Part shown: positions 25,851-40,534 of the stretch, piece after piece
Position numbering within the stretch: position 1 is the first letter of the stretch
Layout: each line of letters starts with the position of its first letter
Source of the DNA: Octopus sinensis
Taxonomy: Eukaryota
Assembly (NCBI RefSeq): GCF_006345805.1
Contig: NC_043009.1
Location: 22,134,001-22,198,000, forward strand
Direction: 5' to 3'
DNA: 64,000 bases
Program-made: the position numbers and the translations under genes
Notes under the pieces: model-generated
Databases searched by the model: none
What the model was told of the DNA's origin: nothing
What the model saw: only the letters and a program-made list of their open reading frames with translations

Positions 25851-26056
25851 CTAGCTACAGGGAAATACTAGCATTTGAACATAGAAAATCTGCCTCAATA
25901 AACTCCATCTGACTTATGCAATCATAGAAAAGTGGACATTTAAATGATAACACCCCACCCTTCATATGTACATATATATACATACATATACACACACACA
26001 CACACACACATGTATGATTGGGAAGTAAAATTTTTGCTATGTGTCTTTATCATATA

Positions 26057-26410
26057 GGGGCGGGAGTGGCTGTGTGGTAAGTAGCTTGCTTACCAACCAC
26101 ATGGTTCCGGGTTCAGTCCCACTGTGTGGCACCTTGAGTAAGTGTCTTCTACTATAGCCTCAGGCCGGCCAAAGCCTTGTGAGTGGATTTGTTAGACGGA
26201 AACTGAAAAGAAGCCCGTTGTATATATGTATATGTGTATGTTTGTGTGCCTGTGTTTGTCCCTCCCAACATCGTTTGACAACCAATGCTGAGAGACCGAT
26301 AGAATAAGTACTAGGCTTACAAAGAATAAGTCCTGGGGTTGATTTGCTTGACTAAAGGTGGTGCTTCTGCATGGCCGCAGTCAAATGACTGAAACGAATA
26401 AAAGAATAGA
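26057..26410 (+). mobile_element. SINE family A
   Basis: Full head and tail match other copies. Confidence 0.85.
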
Positions 26411-26709
26411 AAATCTATGTTCATACTCATCTAAGACTATTCTTCATTTGAATTTATTAGTATGTCTTAACAATTTTGACAGGTTTACCTTTGGTAACTT
26501 GTGTGTGTGTATGTGCATATATATATATATATATATGCATGTATGTATGTATGTGTGTGTGTATATTGTATAGCAAATGAATATACTTTCTTTAAATTTG
26601 TGTAACAATATATTCATTACTGCAATATTTTTTTTAAATATATATATTTTTTTAAAATATATTTTTATCGTTTTTATATTTTCTTCTTGTCCTACTTATT
26701 TTATTCCAG

Positions 26710-26795
26710 ACAAAACATGTCTGGGTTTGCAAATTAAGAAAAGAAAAAAATTATTTCGCAACATTAGTGTTTTTACAGCTGGATGCACTTCCTAG
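26710..26795 (+). CDS. Candidate next or terminal Gemin5 exon
   Basis: Strong pyrimidine tract ...ttcttcttgtcctacttattttattccag. Phase 1 matches the 9362 donor, giving NKTCLGLQIKKRKKLFRNISVFTAGCTS*. Basic patch like the linker that follows the WD40 domains in Gemin5. Confidence 0.4.
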
Positions 26796-26980
26796 TAGAA
26801 ATCTGCACTCATTTAGACCATTAGCAAGTAGAAATAACATAACAAGAACACTAAATTAATGTATAATGTAAGATTTTAAAGTTTTGATTCGTGTGCTAAG
26901 AAGTTCAGTCATCTATTTTTTTTTTTGCACCACCAACAATTTTTTAATTATTATATATTTCCAGATATTAATGGAATGGG

Positions 26981-27024
<44 letters not shown>

Positions 27025-27855
27025 AAACAAATATTCTTTGAAGGATCTGATTTCTGCAATGTGTGTTTATATTAATCTTTAGATTATTGCAGTACCTGTA
27101 CTGTGTTTCCTGAGTTTAGGATGTTTACCATTTAGTATCACCTGTTTCCTCTTCCAACTTTAATCTTTTTTTCCCAATATTTTCTGCAGAAATTCATTGC
27201 TTTGTTTCAATTATGAAAATAATGAAAACTTTGGAAAAGTAACTTTGTCATTGATAGTCTGGTGTATGGAACATTAATTATCAGGGAATTTTGATTGAAA
27301 GTTTTATATCAGATATCTTTAAAACAGGAAGTCTGTATTACAGACCCAAGGGTGGTCTCAGTCAGGTTGGTATCAAAAAGGGTTAAGGTTGTGTAGCAAT
27401 AAATCTCCATCTAGGGAAGTTAAAACAAACAGCTTTATTTATTGAGAAAACGTTTAATAAAAATTGGGATCTTTTTAATGTAAGGGATCCTTAGGAAACT
27501 TATATGCTGTTAGAGAAACATTGAACATGAGGCTAACATGGTATCATATTAAATATCTAATGATTGCTGGTTGCAAATGTCATTTAGATCAGCAGTTCTC
27601 AGACTGAAAAACATCAGCCCCTACTTCCTATCTTAGTGAAATATTTTGCCCTCTGTCCCCTCACTTCTTTATTAATGAGATGATAAAATAGAATTTGCAA
27701 AGATTTGTCCATGTCACAGAGTACGTCTTAGAAGCTGGGATGTGATTTGAACACACAGTTCTTCAGTTAAGATGCTAATGTCCTTTTTTTCCATTGAAAC
27801 ACTCTTTTGCTTCTTTTTCCTTTTGTAATGGATGTACAGAGTATACATAGTCAAT

Positions 27856-28910
27856 TTAACCCTTTGGCATTCAGATTACTCTGTCAAATATTTTGCTTGT
27901 TTATTTACATTCATTATCATTGTTTAACATCCATTTTCCATGCTGGTATGGGTTGGATGGTTTGACAGGAGCTATCCAAACTCCAGTTGTCTGTTGTGGC
28001 ACAGTTTCTATGGTTGGATGCCCTTCTTAATGCCAACCATTTTACAGAGTGGGTTGGATGATTTTTAAATGCCACCTGCATGGGTGCTTTTATGTGGCAC
28101 CAGCATGAGTGTATTTCACGTGACACCAGCACCTGTAAAGGACAAGCCTGTATGAATGGATGACAGTAATTTCACTATGCTTGATGCATCTTGTCATGTA
28201 CATCAAATCGCCACAACCCCCAGTCCCTTGTTATTTCCTCAGTGAGGCCCAGCATCTGAAGATCCCTTCTCACCACTTTGTTCTGTGCCTACCCCTTCCA
28301 CGGGTTCCTTCAACAATTAGAGCTCAGCATTTCCTTACACAGCTGTCTTCATCTATACACATCACAATGACCAAACCAGCACAGTCTTTTCTCTTGCACA
28401 TTCATTATCATCATCATAATTTAACATCTGTTTTCCATGCTGGCATGGGTTGGATGGTTCGACTGGGGTCTGGGAAGCCAGGAGGCTGCACCAGGCTCCA
28501 GTCTTATCTGGCAGTGTTTCTACAGCTGGATGCCCTTCCTAATGCCAACCACTCCGAGAGTATAGTGGGTACTTTTTACATACCACCGGCACAGGGGCCA
28601 GAGGAGGCTGGCAATGACCACGATCCATGCCACTAGCATGGAAGCCAGTCAAAGCGGCACTGGCATCAGTTGCATTCGGATGGTACCTTTTACATGCCAC
28701 CGGCATGGGGATCACTACTTCAATTTCCATTTGATTTCGATTGTTTTGAATTAATCATGCATTATCTTGTGGTTTTGTGATTTAGATGATGTGACAGTTT
28801 ATTTTTAGAATAACATTGTAGGGTATGTGTGAGAAGCCAAAGCAAGCTGATTTGATCATAAAATAGAATATTTGGGCTAGATATACCTGATTTAAATACT
28901 AAAGGTTTAG
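27856..28910. mobile_element. TTAA MITE split by nested RTE-tail elements (27914-28740, - strand)
   Basis: MITE left part ends ...atttacatt and resumes ttgttttgaattaatcatgc, colinear with the 53492 copy. Confidence 0.75.
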
Positions 28911-29540
28911 TCAAATATGGTACTACACTAAAATGCACCCAGCAGCTTGTGTGAAGTGGATGGGTAATGTGTAGAGACAACAAAGAGTAGAGAGGACACT
29001 TGGAGAAATTGTCATGTCACAGACATGGCAACTTCTTCAGTGCTGGTGCCCTGATAAAATGCATCCAATGCACGCAATAAAATGGTTGGTGTTATGAAGG
29101 GTATGAAGCTGTAGAAACCAGGCTCTCTTAAGAAAAAAAAAAATCTACGAGTGACTATTCCAAGGAGAGCAATAACTTGAAATAGAACTGGCCTGGACTG
29201 TAGCCACGTGTCCAACCCATGCCAGCATGGAAAGTGGACATAAAATGTCAATGACCACCATCATTGCTGCTGCCACCACCATTCATAAGGGTTTCACCCT
29301 CCACTTCATATCTGCCAAAAATGAAATACAAAAATTGGCTCCAGACAGAATTGTACTTAGGAATATAACTGTTACAAAGCTAAATAAAGTATTTAGTTTG
29401 GTGTTCTACCATTTCTACAGATTAGCCCCAACCAATAGCTCATTCTTCTTCAATCTAAATGTGTAAATATAAAAAAAATAAATAGAATGTTACTCACTAA
29501 AAGAAATACTATATAATTGTTTTCTTGGAATACCAAAATA

Positions 29541-29600
29541 GTAGATGGAAGCTTATTTCAGTAGATGGAAGCTTATTTCAGTAGATGGAAGCTTATTTCA
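29541..29600. repeat. Perfect 3 x 20-bp tandem repeat
   Basis: gtagatggaagcttatttca three times. Confidence 0.95.
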
Positions 29601-30502
29601 GGGTTTGTCTAAGAAAAACGTTATTATGACACAGCATTTTGTTTTGTTCATTAATATCATAATTTGTTCATATTATCATATTCTGAATTCTTTCTGGTAG
29701 GGTAGTGGTGGTGATGATGTTAATAATATGGAAGTGTTATCATGTACATTGTTTTGTCTTGGTATAAAAGATGGGCTACAGCAACTATTCTGCTCAATAT
29801 CACAGATTTGCTTGTCAGTTGCTTGACCTTCATCAATTGAGCATGCCCCTTAGTGGCTGATTATATGTGCATCTCTGATCATGAGCAGAAGTAGTGGAGG
29901 AACATCATAGCCATGTGTTGAGGAATTCTTTGGGATTTGGATAATTCACCTCTGGAAACATAGGTGTTTTGTTCATCATCCTTAAACAAACCTTATTCAG
30001 GGACCTTTTGAGAGGGATGGGTTACTCAACCTGAAGAAAATTCTAACTGGGCCCCACCTGCAAGGTTATACACTATTTTTCTTGATATAAGATCACCATA
30101 TCATGCACATATGATTGTGATGCATGTGTCTGGTGTACCCTTATCAGACGGGTAGTCATGATGGGTGTATTGGGATTTGTCTGTTTGTACCCCAGTGTCA
30201 CTTTTATCACATTCGTTGCTCTCTTACTCAATAATAATGATGATAATCCTTTCTACTATAGCCACAAAACCTGAAGTTTTCGGGGAGGGGATTAGTCAAT
30301 TACATCGACTCCAGTGCATAACTGGTACTTATTTCATTGACCCTGAAAAGATGAAAAGCAAAGTTGACCTCAGTGGAATTTGAACTCAGAACATAGCAAC
30401 AGGCAAAATACCACTAAGCATTTTGCCTGGCATGCTCTTAATTCTGCCAGCTTTACTCTATAATAATAATTCTGCCAGCCTTACTCTATAATAATAATAA
30501 TA

Positions 30503-30538
<36 letters not shown>

Positions 30539-30544
30539 TCAAAA

Positions 30545-33045
30545 TTTTGCATTTCTCACATCTTGTACACAATACCGCATTTGTCATTACCTTCCTCCCA
30601 CATACACCACATGGATCCACCTTACTCACTAACACTTCTCCTTCCAACCTGCTCACCATCACCTCTGTCTTCCCAAGATTTACCTGCAAACCTTTGCTTT
30701 CAAATGCCTCCTTCCATTTCCAAAACTTCACCCTCAATCCCTCCATCATCTCACTCATGAGAGCAAGGTCATCTGCATACAGTATCTCCATTATCAATCC
30801 CTCTCTTGCACTCTCTGTCACCACATCAACCACTATTGCAAACAACGGTGACAACACAGATCCCTGATGCACAGCAACTTTCACTGCAAACTCCTCCAAC
30901 AGCTCTGACTCAAATCTAACTCTTGTCATTACTCTGTCATACAAACTCATCACTACTCTCACTATTACCTCTAGTTTACCTGTCTTCCTCAACACCCACT
31001 CAATCACCTTCCTTGGAACCCTATCAAATGCTTTCTCCAGATCAACGAAGCACATGTACAACTCCTTCTCTTGATATTCCTCTTGTAATCTCTTTACAAT
31101 GAACACTGCATCTATTGTCCCCCTTCCTGGCATAAAACCAAATTGCATCTTGTCCACATCCACCCCTTTCTGAATTCTTCTCTCCAACACCCTTTCCACT
31201 ATCTTCATTTCATGCTCCAATAACTTCACTCCCCTATACGCCCCACAACTCATCACATTCCCCTTGAAGATTGGTACCACCACACCTAGTGCTCAATCAT
31301 CTGGCATTCCTCTTCCATCCAGCACACCCTGGCAGAGCTCCACCACAACAATCCCTATCTCTCCACTTGCAGTTATCATTTCCACACTTCAGAGGGACCA
31401 GCTGACTTTCTTGTTTTCATTTCCTTCATTGCCTCCACTACTTCTTCCCAACTGACCCTCTCCCCTGGCCCCTGCACCACAGCAACTTCCACCCTCTGAT
31501 CCCATTCATTTTCCTTGTTCGTAATTTCATAATTCCCTCCATATGCTCCTTCCATCAGTTCCCCTCATGCATCTCTTCCCTCTTTTTTCATTGATTTAGT
31601 AAACCTAAACACTCTATCTGGGTTCTCATCCAGCCTGCTCAACCCCTCCTCAGCTTCCTTCCTCATAGATCTCGCAACCACCCTCTTTGCACGATTCTTC
31701 ATATTATTATACTTGGCTTTCATTTGGTCAGTCCTATTATTATACAAAGCTTTGTGCACCTCCTCCTTCGTTGTTATCACATCCCTCACCTCCTTGTTCC
31801 ACCACCACGTATCTCCTCGATCTCTCCTACCTTTCATCCTTTTACACACTTCCTCACATGCCTTTAGTACTCCTTCTTTAAAAGACTTCCACAAATCTGG
31901 TGCATCAATGCTTACCAACTCCTCAAACCTTGCTCTTGTTTCTTCTTCAGTTTCCACACCTTTCTCCTCTCACCCATTCCCTTTCTCATACACTTAAATT
32001 TCCTCTTATCCAAGTCAACAACCACCAACCTGTGCTGCAATTCCCCTGGTATTGTCTTCATATCTCTCAGATACTTTCTGTTTTTCCTGCCAGCCAACAC
32101 GAAATCAGTCTCTGTCTCATTCCCTCCTACTCTAAAAGTCACCTTCATTTTCTCTGTTTTCCTAAACCACTTATTCGCCACACACAACTCTTTCTCATCA
32201 CGAAACTCCAATAGCATCCTTCCTTCTACATTTCTCTCCCCAATTCCATTTCCCCCATGCACACCCTCAAAGCCCAGGATCCATTTCCCAACAGGTCCAT
32301 TAAAATCAGCCTTGCCCAAAACTAATTCATCTACCCTATGTAAGTCCCACTGATTCACCATTTCATCAAAGAACTGTTCTTTCTCAGTGATCCCTCTTCC
32401 ACTTTGCAGACCATACCCAAAAATCACCCTCACCACTTCTTCCTTAAATGCTAACACTACTGTCATCACTCTGTCAATCTTTCTCCTGACCTCCACCGCC
32501 TTCTCACAGATTTCTTCCTTCACCAAAACTCCCACACCTCTAGTCCCCTTGCTATTTCCCGACCACCACAACTTGTACATTTTCCTCTTGATCCCCACAA
32601 ATCTTGCACCCTGGTCCCTCCACCTAGTCTCCTGTATACAGCACACATCCACCCTCCTCTTCCTCAATTCATCACACACCTCAGTTCCCCTTCCACGCAG
32701 ACTGCCCACATTCCAACTTCCCAACCTCACACTAGGCTTCTCCTCAGGCTGCCGGCCATCATATGGCAAGTCATGTTTGCACAACCCAGGATGAGAGTTT
32801 GCCCCTTCCTTTTTGAGTTGGGTGGCTGGCTGGCGCCCATTCTCCTTTGCTATCATGAGGCTTTCTCGGAGCTGGATTTTCGACGGGGAGCAAGCCCTTG
32901 CTTACCCCCAACCACAGTTTCTAAACATGAGTGGTTCTGAGACCAAGGCCTCGACCACGATTTTTAAGAAATGTGGTGGGAAACTAGCTCAAGAAGGCAG
33001 GGACACTACTCCCTGAGACCTCTCTTGGAGCCCCGCCTATCTGAT
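30545..33045 (-). mobile_element. Second-family RTE LINE with 5' UTR, APE and RT; frameshifted, 3' end missing
   Basis: ORF 31912-32856 (GSWNVGSL, CIQETRW), 31565-31957, and 30534-31283 (QFGFMPGRGTIDA, HQGSVLSPLF, LYADD). Confidence 0.92.
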
Positions 33046-33358
33046 ACTTATTTTATTGACCCTGAAAGGATGAAAGGCAAAGTCGGCTTTTACAGAATTT
33101 GAACTCAGAATGTAAAAGATGGATGAAATACCAGCATAAAACTGAGAAAAAAAAAACAGAAAAAGATAACTGAATCTCCACTATTTTGGAGCTGCAGAAA
33201 GACACCAAGAGAGTTGAGTACATGGATATGAACATGAACACACATACACATGCATTAAAAAATACACACCCACCCATATACATACTGATGTCTTACAGTG
33301 TGTTTTCTAAAGAATTTTTTTTTACTAGCAGTTTACATTCATACATAATTTCATCTCT

Positions 33359-33401
<43 letters not shown>

Positions 33402-33873
33402 ACCTCATTTGCTCATTTACCCCTCCTTTCTCTTGATGTAGGGGTGTCTAGGTGAAGGAGCATTTACCAATCTCAAGATGTGTTTGTACTAACTTTTGAT
33501 AAAAATATGAGAAACCAGCCCTAATTTAGCCCCAAATCTGTCATCAGATGTGTGATAATCTTCATATCTGCTTGAGGTATTTCTTTTCAAATTTCAAAAA
33601 CAGGTTTTCAATCTTACACCTATATGAGATTTTAAGTGATGCAGTGTATAGATGTGTGTGTGTGTATAATACATATAGATGTAGGTATGTACATATATGT
33701 ATGTATATATGCATGTTTTATTTATTATTTTGTGTGTATATATATATATATAGAGTGAGAGAGAGAGAGAAATATACACACGCACACACATTATATACAT
33801 ATATATACAAACACATTACATACATGTGCAATATATATATATATCATCATCATCATCATATATATATATATGC

Positions 33874-33915
<42 letters not shown>

Positions 33916-34489
33916 TAACATATATATGCATTTGTGTATATATACATTTACACAAACATACACGCTTCTGTATGTAATACTGTGAATTGGCAAAATCATT
34001 AAAGCATTGGATTTAGAGTATTTCAGTATCTATTCTGATTCTCTGCTATCTGATATCAAATTCCACCAAGCTTATCTTTGTTATTCATCCTTTCAGGGTC
34101 CACAAAAAAAATTGACCATTCTTGGGCAGTGAATTGACAGAAGGGCAAGACGAAACTCAATGCTTTTTAGTGTTTCTTCTGGCCCTCAGTGTCCTGTATC
34201 AGTTTCCACCTGTAAGCCTAAAACCCACCCTTGCCAACTCAAGGCCCTAGCCTTGTTAGTCAAATCCTTGAAACAAAGGGCAGCATGAAATAGTGTTAAA
34301 TGAGGTTGGAGAAGCAGTACCTTCAACTGGAAAGACATACTCTGAGTAATGAGTGAGTGAATGTGTGTGTGGAGGGTGTGCACAGTTCCTTATAGCCAAA
34401 ATAGTTGTAAGTTAATGAAGATGATTATATAACTCTTACTCTTTCATCAGTTATGTCTATGTGTGTGTGTGTGTGTGTGTGTACACACA

Positions 34490-35101
34490 CGTGGCTGTAT
34501 GGTAAGTAGCTTGTTTACAAACCACATGCTTCCGGGTTCAGTCCCACTGCGTGACACCTTGGGCAAGTGTCTTCTACTATAGCCTCAGGCCGACCAAAGC
34601 CTTGTGAGTGGATTTGGTCGACAGAAACTGAAAGAAGCCCGTTGTGTATATATATATATATATCATCATCATCATCATCATCATTTAGCGTCCGTTTTCC
34701 ATGCTAGCATGGGTTGGACGGTTCAACTGGGGTCTGGGGAGCCCGAAGGCTGCACCAGGCCAGTCAGATCTGGCAGTGTTTCTACAGCTGGATGCCCTTC
34801 CTAACGCCAACCACTCCGAGAGTGTAGTGGGTGATTTTATGTGCCACCGACACAGGTGCCAGACGAGGCTGGCGAACGGCCACGCTCGGATGGTGTTTTT
34901 ATGTGCCACCGTCACAGGTGCCAGACGAGGCTGGCAGACGGCCACGCTCGGATGGTGTTTTTATGTGCCACCGACACAGGTGCCAGATGAGGCTGGCAGG
35001 TGCCAGACGAGGCTGGCAGACAGCCACGCTCGGATGGTGTTTTTATGTGCCACCGACCCAGGTGCCAGATGAGGCTGGCGGACGGCCACGATCGGATGGT
35101 G

Positions 35102-35147
<46 letters not shown>

Positions 35148-35372
35148 ATGTGTGTGTGTGTATGTTTGTGTGTCTGTGTTTGTTACCCCAACATCGCTTG
35201 ACAACCGATGCTGGTGTGTTTATAACTTAGCGGTTCGGCAAAAGAGACCAATAGAATAAGTACTAGGCTTACAAAGAATAAATCTTGGGGTCGATTTGCT
35301 CGACTAAAGGTGGTGCTCCAGCATGGCCACAGTCAAATGACTGAAACAAATAAAAGAGTAAGAGTAAAGAGA
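34490..35372 (+). mobile_element. SINE family A with nested RTE-tail element (34663-35100, - strand, ~55-bp tandem units)
   Basis: SINE head 34490-34645 and tail 35160-35372 flank an insert starting with (CAT)n and containing repeated gtgccaccgacacaggtgccagacgaggctggc. Confidence 0.85.
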
Positions 35373-35574
35373 GAGTATACATATATATATAAATTTTTTT
35401 GTAGAAGATAAAAATTTCAGTTGTCAGTACTTTACATCCAAAACCAAAACCGTGCTTATAGTAATTTATAAGACTTGGATGGGATATATGTTTATATTAA
35501 AAAATCAAATAATACAAGATTATATATATATATATATATATATATATCATCATCATTTAACATTTGCACCAGCC

Positions 35575-36500
35575 ACAAATTTGACCTGTAGCTCTTAATA
35601 AGCTATCTCATAGGAACTCCCAGTTGTCCTTTGTTATATGTCTCTATCTCTTCACCTTATTAAATGCTTCAATTAAGATGTCTCTAAATCTCTGACTATT
35701 CAAAGAATCCTTAAGCTTCTAAATCTTACTTTTCCAGACTGGTTTGCTTCTTGGAGTCCTTCTAGCCTGGAGTTTAGACTAAACTATGTTGAGGAGTACA
35801 TTCTTCATTGGGGGAGTTTTTTTTTGCATCTATGAGCAACTGTCTATCCTGCTTTCTGTTGAGAACATAGTTTAGTTTGTGTGACCACTAAGATTGATAG
35901 GTTATCAGGTGACTGTCTGGTTTCCTTAAGTTAGTGTTGTAGATCATTAGGTCATTTGTGTCACAAAACCCCAATAGCATTGTTCCCTGCTCATTTCAAG
36001 AAACAACTCCATAGCCTCCACGCATACCTTGGAAGCCAACAGGATGCTGCCCAACATGCCCATCAAAGTCACCAACCATGAACATAAGGTCACTGTCAAT
36101 AGTAGTCTAGGTTTTGGAAAAGATTTTCATAAAATTGATTCTTTTGTTCATTTGGTAGTTGAGAAGTGTAAACTGAAATAATAGTTTCTGTTCTAAGCAT
36201 AATATCTTATTGCATACTCTGACTACTTTGATTACCTTATCCACCCATTTCTTAGCTAAAAGTATGCCCACACTCTGTACCTCCTCATTACTTCCTTCCT
36301 AGAAGATTTTATGCAGTATTCTTTGCTTGTGAAGAACCTGGTTGAGGCTTTCCTCCACTTTACTTTCTGAATGCAATACACATCTATATGCCTCTGTTCT
36401 TGGATCTCTACAATTTCACCAGACCTACTTTTCAATGTGCCAACATTGACTGTGCTAATTCTAAGGGGTGATGAGTGAACAGGGAGATAAAGAGCAACAT
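35575..36500 (-). mobile_element. Degenerate RTE APE-domain fragment
   Basis: LRISTVNVGTLKSRSGEIVE...CIQKVKWR. Colinear with 1290-1890. Confidence 0.75.
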
Positions 36501-37480
36501 TCAACACCTGAAAAGGAGAAGGTTTGCACAGACATTTTCCAGCAGTGGTAGCATACCACCAGTTTGTCCCTGGTGCACTACCACTGCTGGTAAATGATAA
36601 TTTACTATCATTCATTTGCTTCACACTTGCTGCACCTACCAGAGAAAGGGTGTTGCATAAAACCATTCATCATCATTTAACGGCCAGTTTTCCATACTGG
36701 CACAGGGTGGATGGTTAGACAGAAGCTGGCAAGTCAGAGGGCTGTGCCACTATGTGTTTTGGTTTCTATGACTGGATGCCCTTCTTAATGCCAACCACTT
36801 TATGAAGTGTACTGGGTGCTTTGTGGTGCCAGCATGGGAGCTTTTTTATGTGGCATCAACATAGGTGCTCTTTATGTGGCACCAGCATCGGTGCTTTTAC
36901 CATGATGCCAGCAAAGGTGCATTTTACGTGTCACCAGCATGGGTGACTTTTTAGTGGCACAAGCATTGTTAATACAAAAAAAATAAGTGTTTAATTAATT
37001 AACTAGAAAGCATCTATAATTCACTTACACTTCCAATGCAAGGGGTGTTACCTATGCCTTTATATTACTGTCAATAGGGTTCTGATGTAGGTGAGGAGGA
37101 TTTGGGGACAGAAGAAAGGTCCCTAGTATAGGTGGTAGGGGTGAAAATGGGTGGATGAATCATAAACAAGCGAGCTACATACATTGATGAGGAATATATG
37201 AATTTATGAGAAAAACATGATCTACAGATTTTCAACAAGTCTACAAATTTCATTGGACAAATATATCTTTATATTTTATCTTTCACTTGTTTCAGTCATT
37301 AGATTGTGACCATACTGGGGCATCGCCTTGACATATTTTTAGTTAAATGAATTGACCCCAGTACTTTTTTTTTTTTTGTGCCACTGTGTGGAACTTTGGG
37401 CAAGTGTATTCTACTATAGCCTTGGACCGATCAAAGCCTTGTGAGTGGATTTGGTAGATGGAAACTGAAAGAAGCCCATC

Positions 37481-37524
<44 letters not shown>

Positions 37525-38995
37525 CTGTGTTTAATCCCCCAACATCGCTTGACAACCGATGCTATTGTGTCTACGTCCCCGTAACTTAGCGGTTCGGCAA
37601 AAGAGATTGATAGAATAAGTACTAGGCTTACAAAGAATAAGTCCTGCGGTCGATTTGCTCGACTGAAGGTGGTGCTCCAGTATGACCACAGTCAAATGAC
37701 TGAAACAAATAAAAGAGTAAAAGAATACTTATTCTAGCAGTTGCTTTGGCAAACTGTTTCAATTCAGGGACATAAACACTCCACCACTGGGTACAAACAC
37801 AGGTACAACCCCCACATATATACACGACGGCTATCTTTCAGTTTCTGTCTACTAAATCTACTCCCAAGATTTTGGTTGGCCTGAAGCTAAAGTAGAGGAC
37901 ACTTGCTCTAGACACCATATAGTGGAACTGAACCCGGAACCATGTGGTTGGGAAGCAAATCTCTTACCACACAGCCACTTCTGTGTATATGTGTGCATGA
38001 ATGTGTGTGTGTATACATGTGCATGCACACATACACACACACTCTCATACACACACTATTACTATAATATTTATATATATATATACTTGTATGCACACTA
38101 AAATTCTCTCTATGATTTGCTATATTTCATTGTGGAGAGAAAATCTAACCATATTATTAATGTGAAGTCAATGAACTTCTGAAATAAATGTTTTCATCTG
38201 ACAAGTTCATGGCTACAATGATTGCTGTCTTAGTTTAGATTAGATAATACTTACACAGCTTAGTTAGCTTGTAAGTTAGGTATAATATGCATATATATTT
38301 ATATTAATAAATGTGTTTGTGGTGACACAATCGAGTATATTTAGTTTTCCTGCAAGATTAGGCCTCATAGTTGGAATATTACATGTACACTATCAATGCT
38401 GAGTACAAGCGAACTGACAGGAGTCAGCAGCCGTGTTGCAGCATATTTAAATAGCTGCACTAATACCACCACCAGCACTAACGACACCCTCCATCTGGGC
38501 CCACCTTGCATGTTTGTCCCTCTTCACATATTTGTCTCTCCTCCTGTTCTTTTCTGACCTTCCCTTGCAGCATCTTGCATTGCCCACCCAATCCAGCACA
38601 GTTTTTCTTCATTCTCTTTTCCACCCATAGAACCTTTCTAAAACCACCTTCTCATCCCCTATTTTCATGCAGACATTTGATTTACCTATTTTCGTACTGA
38701 ACATTAACCCTTTTGCTTGTCCAAAGCATTTTTCATAAGTGTAATCTAAACATCCCTGCTTGTCTTCAAACTTATAACCATTGGCAGTTTATTTGGTTTA
38801 GTTGGGGTGTAATATGTGATCATAAAATGTATCACATGCAATAAAAACATGTATCATATGTGATCTACAGGGTGCATAATAAATCATTTTTAATGCAACT
38901 GATGCATGTATCATACGATAAACACGTTTTATTTGAGTGAGATAAATTCTGCAACCACATGCAATGTGCTGTATATATATATATGTGTGTGTGTG

Positions 38996-39859
38996 TACGA
39001 GGAGGTACCCAAAAGTGTATGTACGAAGGGGTACCTAAAAGCAACCAGAAATGTTCTCTGTTGTAGTTGAGGCTTCTGCCACTAGAAACCACTTGACGTG
39101 ATCCTCAGGCATCAGTGTGCCAACTGGCGTCATACTGCCACATGGTATGTCTTTGTTTTGCAGTGCTTCTCCCTTGTTCATTGATTTTTGTAATGGCTGA
39201 AACAAAGGTACAGCGTGCTTTCATGAAATTCTCTTTTCTTCTGGGGAAAATGTTATATTGCTTCAAACAGCTTACAAGGATACTGTCAGGAGCAAAACAC
39301 AAGTTTATGAGTGGTTTCCACACTTTAGGAGTGGTCACGTGTTGCTTGAAGTCCAACCTTGTTCAGGACAACTCTCAATGCCCTGAAAGAATAAAAACAT
39401 GAAAATTCATGATTTGATCTTGGAAGACCATCACCAAACAATTGACGGACTTGTTTGTATGACTGGTGTGTCCTGGAACTACTGCCAATGAATTTTGAGT
39501 GAGGAATTGTGAACGAAAAGAGTTGCAGTAAAATTTGTGCCTTGCTTGCTCATGGAAGATCAAAAGTAGTCACGATTGAATTCAAGGAATAGTTGAAAGT
39601 TGATCCGGACCTTTTTGTGACAAAAGCTGGTGCTATGGAATTTGCAGATGTGTAAGAGGTGAAGGAAAATACAACGGAGGTGTTAAAAGGCATCACTTTG
39701 CAAGATTTCCAGCACTGTTTTGAATAGTGGAAAACATGCCTGGAATGATGCATTGCGTCAAATGGAGAATACTTTGAAAGCAATAAACGTGTAAACATAC
39801 AAAACTAAAAGAATAAAATAATATCGCAAAATTCTGGTCTCTTTTGGGTTCCCCTCATA
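38996..39859 (+). mobile_element. Internally deleted mariner element with doubled left TIR
   Basis: TIRs tacgaggaggtacccaaaag / cttttgggttcccctcata. QRAFMKFSFLLGK resembles the N-terminal motif; the C-terminus resembles CIASNGEYFE. Confidence 0.75.
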
Positions 39860-39964
39860 TATTGTTGTGGCGAGAGTCATTGACACTCCTGGCAGATATT
39901 ATCTATAAAATATATGTTAGGTTGGCAACTAAGTTCTCACCTTTTTTAAAATTTATATACACAT

Positions 39965-40534
39965 GTATATAAATTTTCTACTGGGAATGACCAATTTAAA
40001 AAATCTGCTGGATCTCACTCATAAGAGAATCTTAAATTGCTTCTAAACTTTATATTTGGATGGACTCATTTTAAACTCTGTTGGACTTTTGGACTTTACT
40101 CATACAATATTGGAATATTGCATATATATCATTATGCCTAAAAAATGGATTTACAACTTCAATACCCACACATATCATGCTTCTATTTTCTTTCCTCCAC
40201 CTCACTCTCCATTTTGTATCACATCTAAACTAACTATGACTTAACTATCCTCTCACACCGTCTCCGATGAAGGGATATAATTAATAAATATCCTAGAAAC
40301 AGCTGTAAGGCCTATTTATAAATGCTCTAATATCTACACAGCCTTGATTTTTTATCTTATTACGCAAAACATTCTTATATACACATGCTGACATAGAACC
40401 AACGTTGAACCCTTTATTCGCAATATTACCGAATCTGGAACTTAACTATGGTCTGTCTATAGCACTTATTCAGCATTACCTGACACCTTTGGGTCTCAAT
40501 GACACCATTATCTCTTATAACCTCAACTTCTCAC

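Noticed and set aside
26057-26135. tRNA-like heads of SINEs as tRNA genes
   Set aside because: No complete cloverleaf; they continue into multi-copy SINE bodies.
27190-27240. ctgcag...gtaact possible exon
   Set aside because: Lies within a TTAA MITE-like repeat, and the peptide has no Gemin5 resemblance.
32940-33045. Possible HDV-like ribozyme at the RTE 5' end
   Set aside because: Known for some RTEs, but I could not assign the nested double pseudoknot by eye.
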